Virus record (IMG/VR): IMGVR_UViG_3300032236_001478
Span: 1-64,000 of that record
From: a virus
Reading direction: 5' to 3' (one strand)
DNA length: 64,000 nucleotides
Shown: positions 15,886-26,608 of the stretch, one piece after another
Numbering within the stretch: the stretch's first letter is position 1
How the letters are laid out: each line of letters opens with the position of its first letter
Program-made: the position numbers and the translations under genes
Notes under the pieces: generated by a model
What the model was told of the DNA's origin: nothing
The model's input: only the letters and a program-made list of their open reading frames with translations
Databases searched by the model: none

Positions 15886-17499
15886 ATGAGGATATCTAAA
15901 AAAGATTTGGTAACTTTGGTGAAACAAAACTTACAAGAGATGCCAATGGATTTCCCGCAAACAGTTTCGGTTAAAAAACCGAACCCAGATTTTGATCCAG
16001 ATCAAGAAGAAAGTCTAGATAATCCTAAGATGATTGACGCTGAGGTACCTTTCAACGAAAGACCACATCAAGATCTACAAAGAAAATTACAAAGACAAGA
16101 TACTCCACTTAAGAAAGTTCCAATGCCAGCTGATCAAGGAAACCAAAATTTCCAAGAAAAGTTAGCGTCTGAGACTTATAAAGAAGTAATAAGAAGAGTT
16201 AAACAAGCAACACATCAACAAGGAAATAATCTTCTTAGTATGATGATGTCAGCTGTTTATGAAATTGACAATATCGAATCTAATCACAGAGAAGAATTAG
16301 AGAGATTAGCGGTTACATCTGTTTTTGATATATTCAAGATTCCACATGACAGTTTTAATGTCTATGCTAAATTAATATCAGTAAATGATAGAAGTGGAAT
16401 CAACACACGTGATTTTTTACACGCACAAAATGATGATCAAAATCCAGAAGCACCAGATGTTGATAATGAGCCAATTAGTGCTCCTGAAATCAATTCACAA
16501 GATGAAGCTAGTGTTGAAGAAGATTATGTTGATAAATTAGAAAATTTTGATCTAGAAAGAGCAAAAAGAAGATTAATTAACGCGATGACACAAGGTGCTG
16601 CACATTCAGCTTATAATCTTTACAACTATTTCTCAACTCAGATTAAAGATATTGTTGGCCCATTACCAAATGGTGCTGATATTATGGATTTATATGCTGT
16701 AATGATGTCTGTTAATGATACGAATTATTGGCATATGTCAGATCAGCAAATTGTGAATTTACAATCATCAGTTGCTGGTAAAGCAGATGTTAAATTCCCT
16801 GAAGCGCCGAATGATGGTGAAGGTGGGGATGATGGTGAAGAAGGCGAAGAAGGTGGTGATGACGAACAACAAACTGATACTTTAGGTAATCCATATGATC
16901 CATCTAAACCACAAGTGTTTATTACAGGTATTAATTTCCCAGTATTATTCCACGAAGCAATTAAAGGTATACAAAAAGTAATTGCAGGTCATGGTGCTAC
17001 ATTCCCTGGTTATGATGCGTCAAATCCAAGACACGTTGATTTTATAGAGCAAGTTAAAAGATATGAAGATGTTTTAGAATATGAGATGTGGGATTTACGT
17101 TTAGGGCCAGCAATTTGGCAAAGATATAGACAAGCACATCCATCTGAAATTGTTGATCCGGATGAAAAAATTGAATTACAAGGATTCGTTCAGAGTTACA
17201 TTTACAAATTACCAGCTCGTAAATTCTTATCATTAATGAAAGAAATTATGGGTGGAACACAAAGAGCAAGAACAATTGTCGCTACTTTAGTATCAGCAAT
17301 TGAAAGAATGTTAGCAGATGAAGATTATCAAGAAGCATTATCAGCATACAATGATGAGGTTGATGATATTGATGATGACACATCTGACGATGATTTAATG
17401 AATTTATTGGGTAACATTCCAGGTATTAGATTATCTGATGATAATGACGAAGAAGATGAAGATGACGATGATGGTGGGGAATATGTTCCAAGAAGATAA
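15886..17499 (+). CDS. acidic hypothetical protein
   Basis: 537-aa ORF preceding terminase. Confidence 0.7.
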   Translation: MRISKKDLVTLVKQNLQEMPMDFPQTVSVKKPNPDFDPDQEESLDNPKMIDAEVPFNERPHQDLQRKLQRQDTPLKKVPMPADQGNQNFQEKLASETYKEVIRRVKQATHQQGNNLLSMMMSAVYEIDNIESNHREELERLAVTSVFDIFKIPHDSFNVYAKLISVNDRSGINTRDFLHAQNDDQNPEAPDVDNEPISAPEINSQDEASVEEDYVDKLENFDLERAKRRLINAMTQGAAHSAYNLYNYFSTQIKDIVGPLPNGADIMDLYAVMMSVNDTNYWHMSDQQIVNLQSSVAGKADVKFPEAPNDGEGGDDGEEGEEGGDDEQQTDTLGNPYDPSKPQVFITGINFPVLFHEAIKGIQKVIAGHGATFPGYDASNPRHVDFIEQVKRYEDVLEYEMWDLRLGPAIWQRYRQAHPSEIVDPDEKIELQGFVQSYIYKLPARKFLSLMKEIMGGTQRARTIVATLVSAIERMLADEDYQEALSAYNDEVDDIDDDTSDDDLMNLLGNIPGIRLSDDNDEEDEDDDDGGEYVPRR

Positions 17500-17504
17500 T
17501 AGAG

Positions 17505-17530
17505 AAAAGGGAGTTTAACTCCCTTTTTTT
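17505..17530 (+). terminator. intrinsic terminator
   Basis: AAAAGGGAGT-TTA-ACTCCCTTTT followed by further T. Confidence 0.8.
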
Positions 17531-17531
17531 G

Positions 17532-17539
17532 TATTTATA
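17532..17539 (+). promoter_or_regulatory. putative late promoter TATTTATA
   Basis: 5 nt before terminase ATG, directly after a terminator. Confidence 0.65.
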
Positions 17540-17544
17540 CATAT

Positions 17545-19320
17545 ATGAATACAAAAATAGAACAGTTAAAAGAATACGCAAGGATAATGAAAGATTGTCC
17601 TTATGCACTTAGAACTTACCTACAAACATATGACAACACACAAAAAAATTATGTTCCGTTAGTATTATTTCCTGACCAAGAAAGATTAATCTTGGATTAT
17701 GAAGAATACAATGAAAACATTACAAAAAAATATAGACAAGCCGGAGTATCAACAGTTACCGCTGCTTGGGTTTCTAGAAAATTACAATTAGCTAAACCTG
17801 AAAAACCAGAAAGGGTATTGTGTATTGCAAACAAACGTGATACTGCAATTGAATTAGCAAATAAAATCAGACATTTCTTAGAGCAATGGCCTGAATGGAT
17901 GAATGTTGGGTTTTCACCTGATAAAAACTCAGAAAGTAGATTTAGATTAAATAATGGTTGTGAAGTAAAAGCGGTTGCAACCTCAGGTGACGCCTTGCGT
18001 GGTTATACACCTACAATATTGATATTTGACGAGGCTGCGTATATTGAAGCTGGCGAAGACTTCTGGGCGGCTTCTATGGCCTCTCTTTCTACGGGTGGTA
18101 AGATTATATTGATTTCAACACCAAATGGTTACGATCCAATTTATTATGGTGTTTATGACCAAGCGGTTCGTAAAATGAATGACTTTCATATTACAGATTT
18201 AAGATGGTTTAAAGATCCACGTTATACTAAAGATTTGAGATGGGTTAAATGTAACGACATTTGTCATTATATGTTAAACAGAGAACAATACAATGATGAT
18301 GAAGTTGTTATGTATGATTTTGATATTGAAAAATACAGAGAGTACGAAGAACAGGGTTATAAACCATTTTCATCTTGGTTTGAGTCAATGTCTAAAAAAT
18401 TCAAGTTTGATAGACGTAAAATTGCACAGGAGTTGGAATGTGACTTTTTGGGTTCTGGTGATGGTGTTATTCCAGGGGATGTGCAACAAGATATAAGAAA
18501 AAATCAAATCAGAGAACCCAAAGAAAAGTATATGCAAGGTACGATGTGGCAATGGAAAGAGCCAGTAATCGGACATCGTTATATTATGGGTGTTGACGTT
18601 AGTAGAGGTGATAGTGAAGATTTTTCATCAATAAGTGTTATTGATTTTGATGAAAGAGAACAAGTATTAGAATATATCGGTAAGATACCACCAGATGATT
18701 TAGCGGCTATAGCATATAAATGGGGTGTATTATATGATGCATTTATTGTTATAGATATAACAGGTGGTATGGGTATTGCAACATCAAGAAAGTTACAAGA
18801 AATGAATTATAAAAACTTGTATATTGATGGTATTAATACACAGAATGTTTGGGAGTATGATAAAAAGAAATTAGAGAAAATACCAGGTATTAATTTCAAC
18901 AATAAAAGAACGCAAATAATTGCTGCATTTGAGGAACAAGTTAGAAAGGGTTTCCAAATACGTTCAAGTAGACTATTAAATGAATTGAATACATTCGTTT
19001 ATGTTAATGGTAGACCAGATCACATGAAAGGTGCGCATGACGATGCTATTATGAGTATGTCTATGGCATTGTTTGCTGGTGAAATATCATTTAGTCAGTT
19101 AACTAAGAACACAAATCAAAACAAAGCTATGATTGAGTCATGGGCTATGTCAGAAAGAACGTATGAACCTCAAAAGTCATTTTATTCTTATGGACCAGCA
19201 ATGGATATGATAGGATCAATGGCTATGGATAATCAACAAATTTACCATAGAGATAATCCAATGAATATGCCACAAAACGCTTATCAAGATTATAGATGGT
19301 TATTTGGGCCTCGTAAATAG
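17545..19320 (+). CDS. terL: terminase large subunit (T4 gp17-like)
   Basis: KYRQAGVST Walker A variant, LIFDEAAY Walker B, ISTPNG, nuclease GVDVSRG and HDDAIM. Confidence 0.92.
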   Translation: MNTKIEQLKEYARIMKDCPYALRTYLQTYDNTQKNYVPLVLFPDQERLILDYEEYNENITKKYRQAGVSTVTAAWVSRKLQLAKPEKPERVLCIANKRDTAIELANKIRHFLEQWPEWMNVGFSPDKNSESRFRLNNGCEVKAVATSGDALRGYTPTILIFDEAAYIEAGEDFWAASMASLSTGGKIILISTPNGYDPIYYGVYDQAVRKMNDFHITDLRWFKDPRYTKDLRWVKCNDICHYMLNREQYNDDEVVMYDFDIEKYREYEEQGYKPFSSWFESMSKKFKFDRRKIAQELECDFLGSGDGVIPGDVQQDIRKNQIREPKEKYMQGTMWQWKEPVIGHRYIMGVDVSRGDSEDFSSISVIDFDEREQVLEYIGKIPPDDLAAIAYKWGVLYDAFIVIDITGGMGIATSRKLQEMNYKNLYIDGINTQNVWEYDKKKLEKIPGINFNNKRTQIIAAFEEQVRKGFQIRSSRLLNELNTFVYVNGRPDHMKGAHDDAIMSMSMALFAGEISFSQLTKNTNQNKAMIESWAMSERTYEPQKSFYSYGPAMDMIGSMAMDNQQIYHRDNPMNMPQNAYQDYRWLFGPRK

Positions 19321-19362
19321 TCTTCCTTTACACGAAATATTAGTTTATATTATAAAGAAAAG

Positions 19363-19370
19363 TATTTATA
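19363..19370 (+). promoter_or_regulatory. putative late promoter TATTTATA
   Basis: 6 nt before portal ATG. Confidence 0.65.
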
Positions 19371-19376
19371 TAGAAT

Positions 19377-21224
19377 ATGGCACAAAATCCTACTGTCTTT
19401 CAGAAACTAACAAGAATGTTCGGTTTTCCGGGCCAAACCCCAAAACAGGATACACCTTCGTTTAATTTCAGTAAAGATGAAATATTAAAAACAGATAGTA
19501 GAGAAGATTATGAAAAAGCAATGTTGCAAGCTCAACAGAGTCAATACATTGCTGACAAATGGACAAAATTAGATCAATCTCTCTACAACCAATCGGTTTA
19601 TTACGAACCTAATAGACTTGCAGCATACTATGACTATGAATCAATGGAATTTACTCCAGAGGTTTCAGCAGCGTTAGATATCTATGCGGAAGAATCAACA
19701 ACAATGTCAGAGAAAGGTGAGATATTAACTATCTATTCTGATTCTGATAGAGTTAAAAGTATATTACATGATTTATTTCATACTAAAATGGATATCAATA
19801 CGAACTTACAAATGTGGGCTCGTGGTATGTCAAAGTATGGCGATAACTTTGTTTATCTTAAAATAGATCCAGAAAAAGGTATTGTTGGTGTTCAACAATT
19901 ACCGAATATTGAAATAGAAAGAATTGAAGGTGCAGCATCTAAGACACCAAATCAAAAAGATATTAAAGTACCAACAAGAGAATTAAGATTCCAATGGAAG
20001 AATAAAGATTTGGAATTTCAAGCTTGGGAAGTTGCTCACTTTAGATTATTAGGTGATGATAGAAAATTACCTTATGGTACTTCAATGTTAGATAAAATTA
20101 GACGTATTTGGAAACAATTATTATTGGCTGAAGATGCGATGTTAATTTATAGAACATCTAGAGCACCTGAAAGACGTGTATTTAAGGTTTTCGTTGGTAA
20201 TATGGATGATAAAGATATTGATCCATACGTACAACGTGTTGCTAATAAATTTAAGCGTCAACCAGTTTCTGATCCTCGTAACGGCCAAGTGGATATGAGA
20301 TATAACCAAATGGCAGTAGATCAGGATTTCTTTATTCCAGTTCGTGACCCAGGGCAACAATCTCCGATTGAAACATTACCTGGAGCACAGAATTTAGGTG
20401 AGATTGCCGACATTGAATATATCCAAAAGAAAATGTTAGCTGCTCTTCGTATTCCAAAAGCATTTTTAGGTTTCGAGGAAGTTGTTGGTGATGGTAAGAA
20501 TTTAGCATTAATGGATATACGTTTTGCTAGAACAATTAATAAAATCCAAAAATCTTTAATACAAGAATTAAATAAAGTTGCGTTAATACATCTATTCTTA
20601 TTAGGAATGGAAGATGATTACACAAACTTCCAATTATCTTTAACAAACCCATCTGCACAATCTGATTTATTAAGAATTGAGCAATGGAAAGAAAAGGTAA
20701 CGTTATATAAAGATGCAACATCAGATCAATCACAAGTTGGTATTTTACCAGTATCACATACATGGGCTAAAAAGAATATCTTAGGATTTAGTGATAGTGA
20801 AGTATTACTTGATTTACAACAACAACGTTTAGAAAGAGCTATTGGATTTGAGTTAACAAACACACAAAATATTATTAAGCGTTCTGGTGTATTTGATGAT
20901 GTTGATTCTAAATATGGTATACCTGAAGATGAAAGAGAAGCATTAGAAAAATCAGGACAATTAGGTGGAGAAGCTCCAGGTGGTGGTGAAGGCGGTGCTT
21001 TAGGCGGCGCAGAATTAGGTGGTGCTCCTGCTGGAGGCGCACCAGAAGGTGGTGGTGGCGAAGCACCATTAAGTGAAAATTTCTTCGTTAAATCAAAAAG
21101 ATCTAAAATATTATCAATGTTAGACGAAACATCTGCTGAAGATAACATATTATTCGATATGGAACGTGCACAACGTAATATTTATGAAATAGAAAATAAA
21201 ATAAAAGACATATTAAACGACTAA
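19377..21224 (+). CDS. portal protein (T4 gp20-like)
   Basis: EDAMLIYRTSRAPERRVF, DFFIPVR, IETLPGAQNL, DIEYIQKK. Confidence 0.92.
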   Translation: MAQNPTVFQKLTRMFGFPGQTPKQDTPSFNFSKDEILKTDSREDYEKAMLQAQQSQYIADKWTKLDQSLYNQSVYYEPNRLAAYYDYESMEFTPEVSAALDIYAEESTTMSEKGEILTIYSDSDRVKSILHDLFHTKMDINTNLQMWARGMSKYGDNFVYLKIDPEKGIVGVQQLPNIEIERIEGAASKTPNQKDIKVPTRELRFQWKNKDLEFQAWEVAHFRLLGDDRKLPYGTSMLDKIRRIWKQLLLAEDAMLIYRTSRAPERRVFKVFVGNMDDKDIDPYVQRVANKFKRQPVSDPRNGQVDMRYNQMAVDQDFFIPVRDPGQQSPIETLPGAQNLGEIADIEYIQKKMLAALRIPKAFLGFEEVVGDGKNLALMDIRFARTINKIQKSLIQELNKVALIHLFLLGMEDDYTNFQLSLTNPSAQSDLLRIEQWKEKVTLYKDATSDQSQVGILPVSHTWAKKNILGFSDSEVLLDLQQQRLERAIGFELTNTQNIIKRSGVFDDVDSKYGIPEDEREALEKSGQLGGEAPGGGEGGALGGAELGGAPAGGAPEGGGGEAPLSENFFVKSKRSKILSMLDETSAEDNILFDMERAQRNIYEIENKIKDILND

Positions 21225-21226
21225 CA

Positions 21227-21964
21227 ATGAATAAATTTGGTGTAGTAAAATCTAAATTGTTAACCAAACTAACTGAATCTTACGCAAAACAAAACAAAGC
21301 AGAGATTAAAGATATATTAACAACAATAAAGGAAAATAAAGATTTTAAGGAAATGTATTTGTTTTACGAAGAAATCGAAAACAAATATATTGAAGATAAT
21401 GAAATTGCAAAATTATATGTTGAGGGATTAAGCACTTATTTTGGTCAATCAATTAGTAACTTAAATATGTTTTGTGAATCATTAGAAAGTAAATTAGTTG
21501 ATATAGAAATTACAACTAATGAAATATATGAATCATTAGATATATTATGTGAAAAAGATTCATTATCAAATATTGAAAAAAAGGTTATTGCAAAAAAGAA
21601 ATTAATCGAGCACTTAACAACTAAAAAAGAAATTAAAGAATCAAAAGAAACTACTTTAGTACCAAATGAAACCCTCCTTAATGCGATATTGGCTAACAAC
21701 TTTAATGTACTCTACAATCAAACATTATCTGAATCAGAAAAAGAAGAATTGAAAAATATATTATCAATTTCTCATGATGATTTAGTTACTAAAAGTAATG
21801 AATTAGCAGAATCGGTTATTAATCAAATATCATCACTTTTAAGTGAATCAAATGATACTGATTTATCTAAGAAATTAAATGCTGTGAAAAACGAGGTTAC
21901 TCAAATGAGTCCATCGCGATACAATTATTACAGATTAACAGAATTAAAGAACGGACTTAATTAA
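21227..21964 (+). CDS. hypothetical helical protein (head module)
   Basis: 245-aa ORF directly after portal. Confidence 0.7.
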   Translation: MNKFGVVKSKLLTKLTESYAKQNKAEIKDILTTIKENKDFKEMYLFYEEIENKYIEDNEIAKLYVEGLSTYFGQSISNLNMFCESLESKLVDIEITTNEIYESLDILCEKDSLSNIEKKVIAKKKLIEHLTTKKEIKESKETTLVPNETLLNAILANNFNVLYNQTLSESEKEELKNILSISHDDLVTKSNELAESVINQISSLLSESNDTDLSKKLNAVKNEVTQMSPSRYNYYRLTELKNGLN

Positions 21965-21976
21965 GTCCGTTTTTTA
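21945..21976. terminator. palindromic bidirectional terminator spanning two stop codons
   Basis: Perfect 22-bp palindrome AACGGACTTAATTAAGTCCGTT (21950-21971) with A/T flanks. Confidence 0.65.
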
Positions 21977-22148
21977 TTTGTTGTACGTAGATAGCTTTCA
22001 ATTTTTCTGTTCTTTTTATTACAGATGGTTTTGTGAAAGTTTGTCTATCTCTCAATTTTTGGATTTGCTTTGTTTTCTGAACTTTATTTTTATAAGTTCT
22101 TAAAGCACTTTCGATTGTTTTTTCTTTTGTTACGTCGATTATAATCAT
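21957..22148 (-). CDS. rpsU: ribosomal protein bS21
   Basis: MIIIDVTKEKTIESALRTYKNKVQKT...LRDRQTFTKPSVIKR...KAIY matches the bS21 signature; ATG at 22148. Confidence 0.9.
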   Translation of the reverse strand: MIIIDVTKEKTIESALRTYKNKVQKTKQIQKLRDRQTFTKPSVIKRTEKLKAIYVQQIKNGLN

Positions 22149-22153
22149 ATGAA

Positions 22154-22173
22154 ATAAGTATATCACAAATATA
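22154..22173 (-). promoter_or_regulatory. bS21 promoter region: host-type TATATTTG plus late-like TACTTAT
   Basis: TATATTTG at 22166-22173(-); TACTTAT at 22154-22160(-), 5 nt from ATG. Confidence 0.45.
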
Positions 22174-22251
22174 TTAATTATTTTTGGAATTATAAGTTTT
22201 TTTTGTTATTTTTCATTATACACCATAAAAAATGTTAATGACAAATGAATA

Positions 22252-22677
22252 ATGAAAATTGGTAAGTATATCCCATTGGGATCGTACAACGAAGTAAAAA
22301 TCGGTTATGGCACCGTAGATCATAAGAACTTAAAGACCATTTATCTTAAATTAAATTCCTGGGTTCAACCAGATAATGAAACCGAAGATTTCGATTCTTT
22401 AATACAAAAAACAAGAAGGAAAATTAAAGAAATGGTGTATAATCTTAATTCACCATATTTCAAGAAACAATGTATTGTTGATTTAGATATTAGAACAAAA
22501 GGCATTAAGCTTGATAAACGTTCTTTTATGAATCTAGAAATAACATTATATGTTGAGAATTTCTTTGATATTAAAACATCTGATACAAAAAAATTAGTTA
22601 AAGATATCTTATTGCAAACAATAGACACAACTTTAATTGATAAAAAGCTATTCAATTTCCACAAAAACAAGAAATAA
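22252..22677 (+). CDS. hypothetical protein
   Basis: 141-aa ORF divergent from bS21. Confidence 0.7.
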   Translation: MKIGKYIPLGSYNEVKIGYGTVDHKNLKTIYLKLNSWVQPDNETEDFDSLIQKTRRKIKEMVYNLNSPYFKKQCIVDLDIRTKGIKLDKRSFMNLEITLYVENFFDIKTSDTKKLVKDILLQTIDTTLIDKKLFNFHKNKK

Positions 22678-22691
22678 TGCTGATATCATAG

Positions 22692-22699
22692 TATTTATA
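22692..22699 (+). promoter_or_regulatory. putative late promoter TATTTATA
   Basis: 16 nt before protease ATG. Confidence 0.6.
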
Positions 22700-22715
22700 G
22701 AGATAAATTCTATAA

Positions 22716-23405
22716 ATGAAGATATTAGGACCAAAAGAATCCGGACACGGAATTTTGATTGAATACGACGCAGGACACGTTTCACCTGACGAAAACAAAA
22801 AAATATTACAAGAAGCTATGGAATTAGATTTTTCTAAAGATCTAATTCTATATGCTGTTTTGCAAAAATACGACACTCCAAATAAGAACGGTAGAATCTA
22901 CCCAAAACCTATTCTTTACAGAGAAAACGAAAAATATCAATCACTAATCAAAAAAGGTAGTGCATTGAATGAATTAAACCACCCATCTTCCTCACTTATC
23001 GATTTAGACAGAGTTTCACACTCAATTCTTGAAACATGGTGGGATGGTAAAATGTTAATGGGAAAAATCAAATTATTTACATCTCCAGGTTGGAAGAAAA
23101 TGGGTATAGTATCCACTAAAGGGGATCAAGCAGCTATGTTATTAATGAACGGTGCAACATTAGGTATTTCATCTCGTGGTGTTGGTTCATTGAAACAAGT
23201 TAAAGGTGAGAACATAGTACAAGATGATTATGAACTTGTATGTTTTGATTTAGTGTCATCACCATCAACTCCAGGTGCTTATGTATTTAAAGATCCATCC
23301 GAAAGAGATCAATTCCAAGAAGAGGTTGCAGAACGTCAAGCGCCTCAAGTTGATGACCGAATGAAAAAATTAATGGGTCGTCTTGATAGTTTTTTAGGTA
23401 AATAA
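22716..23405 (+). CDS. prohead core protease (T4 gp21-like)
   Basis: NKNGRIYP, ELNHP, LGISSRGVGS, FDLVSSPSTPGA. Confidence 0.92.
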   Translation: MKILGPKESGHGILIEYDAGHVSPDENKKILQEAMELDFSKDLILYAVLQKYDTPNKNGRIYPKPILYRENEKYQSLIKKGSALNELNHPSSSLIDLDRVSHSILETWWDGKMLMGKIKLFTSPGWKKMGIVSTKGDQAAMLLMNGATLGISSRGVGSLKQVKGENIVQDDYELVCFDLVSSPSTPGAYVFKDPSERDQFQEEVAERQAPQVDDRMKKLMGRLDSFLGK

Positions 23406-23458
23406 GCAATTTTATGGCGATAGCAATATAGAAAAATAGATTTTTCTTTTTTCTAGAC

Positions 23459-23466
23459 TATTTATA
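23459..23466 (+). promoter_or_regulatory. putative late promoter TATTTATA
   Basis: Upstream of scaffold-capsid operon. Confidence 0.6.
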
Positions 23467-23493
23467 AGGTAATAAACAATATTTTATTTCACA

Positions 23494-24819
23494 ATGAGCG
23501 AAAAAAACATTTTAGAACAAGCACTTCTTCAAATTAATACATTAGAAGAAGCTGTAAAGCAAAACGCAAAAGGTATACTGGCTTCAACTATGAAGGAAGA
23601 ACTTAAAGACTTGCTTAAAGAATCATTGGAAGAAGAGGAAGAGACTCATCCTATGGATGAAGCAACTCCTGAAGAAGAGGAAGAAAAAGATATGTCAGGT
23701 GACGACGACGCATCTTCTGAAGAAGAAGATACTGAGTTAGATACTGATGATGACACAGACCTCGATAACGCAGACGAACCAACTGGTGAGTTTGGATCAG
23801 AAGAAGATGCTGATAGCGACGTTGAAGACGGCGAATATCCTGCAGATTCTGAAATGGACACAGATGCTGATACTGATTCAGATATGGGTCTTGATGCAAA
23901 CGACGATGTTGATAGTGACGACGATGTAATGGATATGACAGGTGCTTCTGACGAAGAAGTTATTAGAGTATTCAAGAAAATGAAACCAGAAGATGGTATC
24001 GTTGTTAAAAAAGACGGTAATACAGTTGAGTTCCAAGATGGCGACAACGACTACGTTATCAAATTAGATGAAAATGAAGAATCACATGATGAGACTTTAT
24101 ATGAAATCGATTTAGACGAAGAGGAAGAAGAAGAAACTGAAGAAGAAGTTCATGAAGAAAAACACCCTGGTGTTAAAGGTCATGGTCCTAAAAAAGTAAG
24201 TTTCGAGCCAGCTAAGAAAGGTTTCGACGAGAAAAAATCTCACGTTAACCCTCTTAAAAACACTCACAAACCAAAGAAATTTGAGTTCTCTGAGGAAGAA
24301 GAAGGTACTGAAGAAAAAATCGAAGCAACTGAAGCTGCAAGAACAAAATCAAATCCACACGGTGATAAAAACGGTATGGATAGAGCAGGTATAAAATCTA
24401 AAAAGATGTATAAAGCCGGTTCATCAATCAACGAAGAAGTTGAAACTTTGAAAAAACAAAATGCTGAGTATAAAAAAGCTTTAGTATTGTTTAAGGATAA
24501 GTTAAACGAAGTTGCTGTGTTCAATGCAAACTTAGCTTACGCTACACGTCTATTTACTGAAAATTCAACAACAAAAACGGAGAAACTTAATATATTAAAG
24601 AGATTTGATACAGTTTCTTCTTTACAAGAATCAAAAAGCTTGTTTAATACAATACAATCTGAATTAAGCACAAAAACTACAACAGTTGCTGAATCAGTTG
24701 CAGAAAAAATCTCTAGCACACCATCAACATCATCTTCTACTGAGGTATTATCAGAAGCTAAGGCTTATGAAAATCCACAATTCAGCAGAATGAAAGATTT
24801 GATGAAAAAATTAAAATAA
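23494..24819 (+). CDS. prohead scaffold protein
   Basis: Highly acidic with coiled coil; located between protease and capsid. Confidence 0.75.
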   Translation: MSEKNILEQALLQINTLEEAVKQNAKGILASTMKEELKDLLKESLEEEEETHPMDEATPEEEEEKDMSGDDDASSEEEDTELDTDDDTDLDNADEPTGEFGSEEDADSDVEDGEYPADSEMDTDADTDSDMGLDANDDVDSDDDVMDMTGASDEEVIRVFKKMKPEDGIVVKKDGNTVEFQDGDNDYVIKLDENEESHDETLYEIDLDEEEEEETEEEVHEEKHPGVKGHGPKKVSFEPAKKGFDEKKSHVNPLKNTHKPKKFEFSEEEEGTEEKIEATEAARTKSNPHGDKNGMDRAGIKSKKMYKAGSSINEEVETLKKQNAEYKKALVLFKDKLNEVAVFNANLAYATRLFTENSTTKTEKLNILKRFDTVSSLQESKSLFNTIQSELSTKTTTVAESVAEKISSTPSTSSSTEVLSEAKAYENPQFSRMKDLMKKLK

Positions 24820-24846
24820 AAATTAAAAACAAAATACAATTCAAAA

Positions 24847-26592
24847 ATGGGAGCATTATTAGAATCAGGTATGGTTGGTAACATCGGTCTTAAGCACCTT
24901 AGAGTTATCAAAGAAGATACCATCAAAAAATGGGACGAATTAGGCTTTTTAGAAGGTTTAGACGGTCACCAAAAAGATAACATCGCGCAATTATATGAAA
25001 ACCAAGCGTCTTACTTAATCAACGAAGCAGCAGTAGCTGATGCGTCTGGTTCATTCGAGACTGTGGTATTCCCTATCATTCGTCGTGTGTTCTCTAAATT
25101 ATTAGCTAACGACATCGTGTCTGTACAAGCTATGAACTTACCAATTGGTAAATTATTCTACTTCATTCCTAAGATTCAGGAAAGAAACGCTGGGGCTCAC
25201 TACCATCCTTATGGTTACCCATCAAACTCTACTGATCCTAATGAAGGATACACTGGAGGTAACTTATATGACCGTTTCTATGAAACTGGTACTATGACAA
25301 CTGGTGCTGATGCTGACGTAAATTCAGGTTTATTTGACTACTCAAAAGGTCAATATTCTGCAGTTACTTTATCAGCAGTTTCAGCTGTTACTTTCTCAGC
25401 TGGTGTTGTTTCTGGTATTGCTGATTCAGCTTTAACTGGTACATCAACTAACGCATCATTAGTTTTCAAATTTACTGGTTTCACTAAAGATGGTGAAGGT
25501 AAATTAATCGGGCCTAATGGTAACGCAATGGATACTGAAGAATTCTTAGCTTCTGCAGTTGTAACTGTAGGTGGTACTGCTAGAAACTTCAATATCGTTA
25601 CACAAAAATATGGTAAAGGTATCGTAGAATACGGTCAAAAAGTATCTACAACTAACTACCCTCAAGGTAACTACTACCAAGATACAGTTGACCAAGAAGG
25701 TTCAATGTATATCCAAGTAGATTTACAAAACTATAGTGCAACTTCAGGTTTCTCTAACATTACTTTAGCTAACAGCAATGTTGCAGGTACTGTTTCTTTA
25801 ACTTACAGAGTGTATGACACTTTAGAATTTGAAGATCAAATTGGTGAGGTATCTTTTGATTTACAATCAGTAACAGTTTCTGTAACTGAAAGAAAATTAA
25901 GAGCTACATGGTCTCCAGAATTAGCTCAAGACGTTAGTGCATTCCACAACATCGATGCTGAAGCTGAATTAACAGCTTTATTATCTGAGCAAATCGCTGC
26001 AGAAGTTGACCGTGAAATTTTACGTGACTTACGTAAAGGTGCTGCATGGACAGCTAAATGGGATTACAATGGTTGGAAGTACGGTGGTGCTAGTGGTGCA
26101 ACTTTACAAGGTTACACTCAAAAAGACTGGAACCAAACTTTGGTTACTAAGATCAACCAAATCTCAGCTCAAATCCACAAAACTACGTTAAGAGGTGGTG
26201 CTAACTGGATCGTTGTTTCTTCAGAAGTTTCTGCAGTATTCGATGATTTAGAGTATTTCCACGTATCTAACGCAGAACCAGAGCAAGATCAATATAACAT
26301 GGGTATTGAAAAAATAGGTTCAGTAGCTGGTCGTTACCAAGTTTACCGTGATCCTTATTTCCCAGCTAACAAAATCTTGATAGGCCACAAAGGTAAATCA
26401 TTATTAGATGCTGGTTATATCTACGCACCATATGTGCCATTACAATTAACTCCAACAATGTACAATCCATTCTCAATGACTCCAATCAAAGGTATCATGA
26501 CTCGTTACGCGAAGAAAATGGTAAACAACCGTTACTTTGGTGTTATCACTGTAAGTGGTATCCAAGTGTTCGATATGAATACATTAAGATAA
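24847..26592 (+). CDS. major capsid protein (T4 gp23-like)
   Basis: DIVSVQAM, RKLRATWSPELAQD, DAEAELT, YAPYVPL, GIMTRY. Confidence 0.95.
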   Translation: MGALLESGMVGNIGLKHLRVIKEDTIKKWDELGFLEGLDGHQKDNIAQLYENQASYLINEAAVADASGSFETVVFPIIRRVFSKLLANDIVSVQAMNLPIGKLFYFIPKIQERNAGAHYHPYGYPSNSTDPNEGYTGGNLYDRFYETGTMTTGADADVNSGLFDYSKGQYSAVTLSAVSAVTFSAGVVSGIADSALTGTSTNASLVFKFTGFTKDGEGKLIGPNGNAMDTEEFLASAVVTVGGTARNFNIVTQKYGKGIVEYGQKVSTTNYPQGNYYQDTVDQEGSMYIQVDLQNYSATSGFSNITLANSNVAGTVSLTYRVYDTLEFEDQIGEVSFDLQSVTVSVTERKLRATWSPELAQDVSAFHNIDAEAELTALLSEQIAAEVDREILRDLRKGAAWTAKWDYNGWKYGGASGATLQGYTQKDWNQTLVTKINQISAQIHKTTLRGGANWIVVSSEVSAVFDDLEYFHVSNAEPEQDQYNMGIEKIGSVAGRYQVYRDPYFPANKILIGHKGKSLLDAGYIYAPYVPLQLTPTMYNPFSMTPIKGIMTRYAKKMVNNRYFGVITVSGIQVFDMNTLR

Positions 26593-26608
26593 TCTTAATC
26601 GGAATCAT

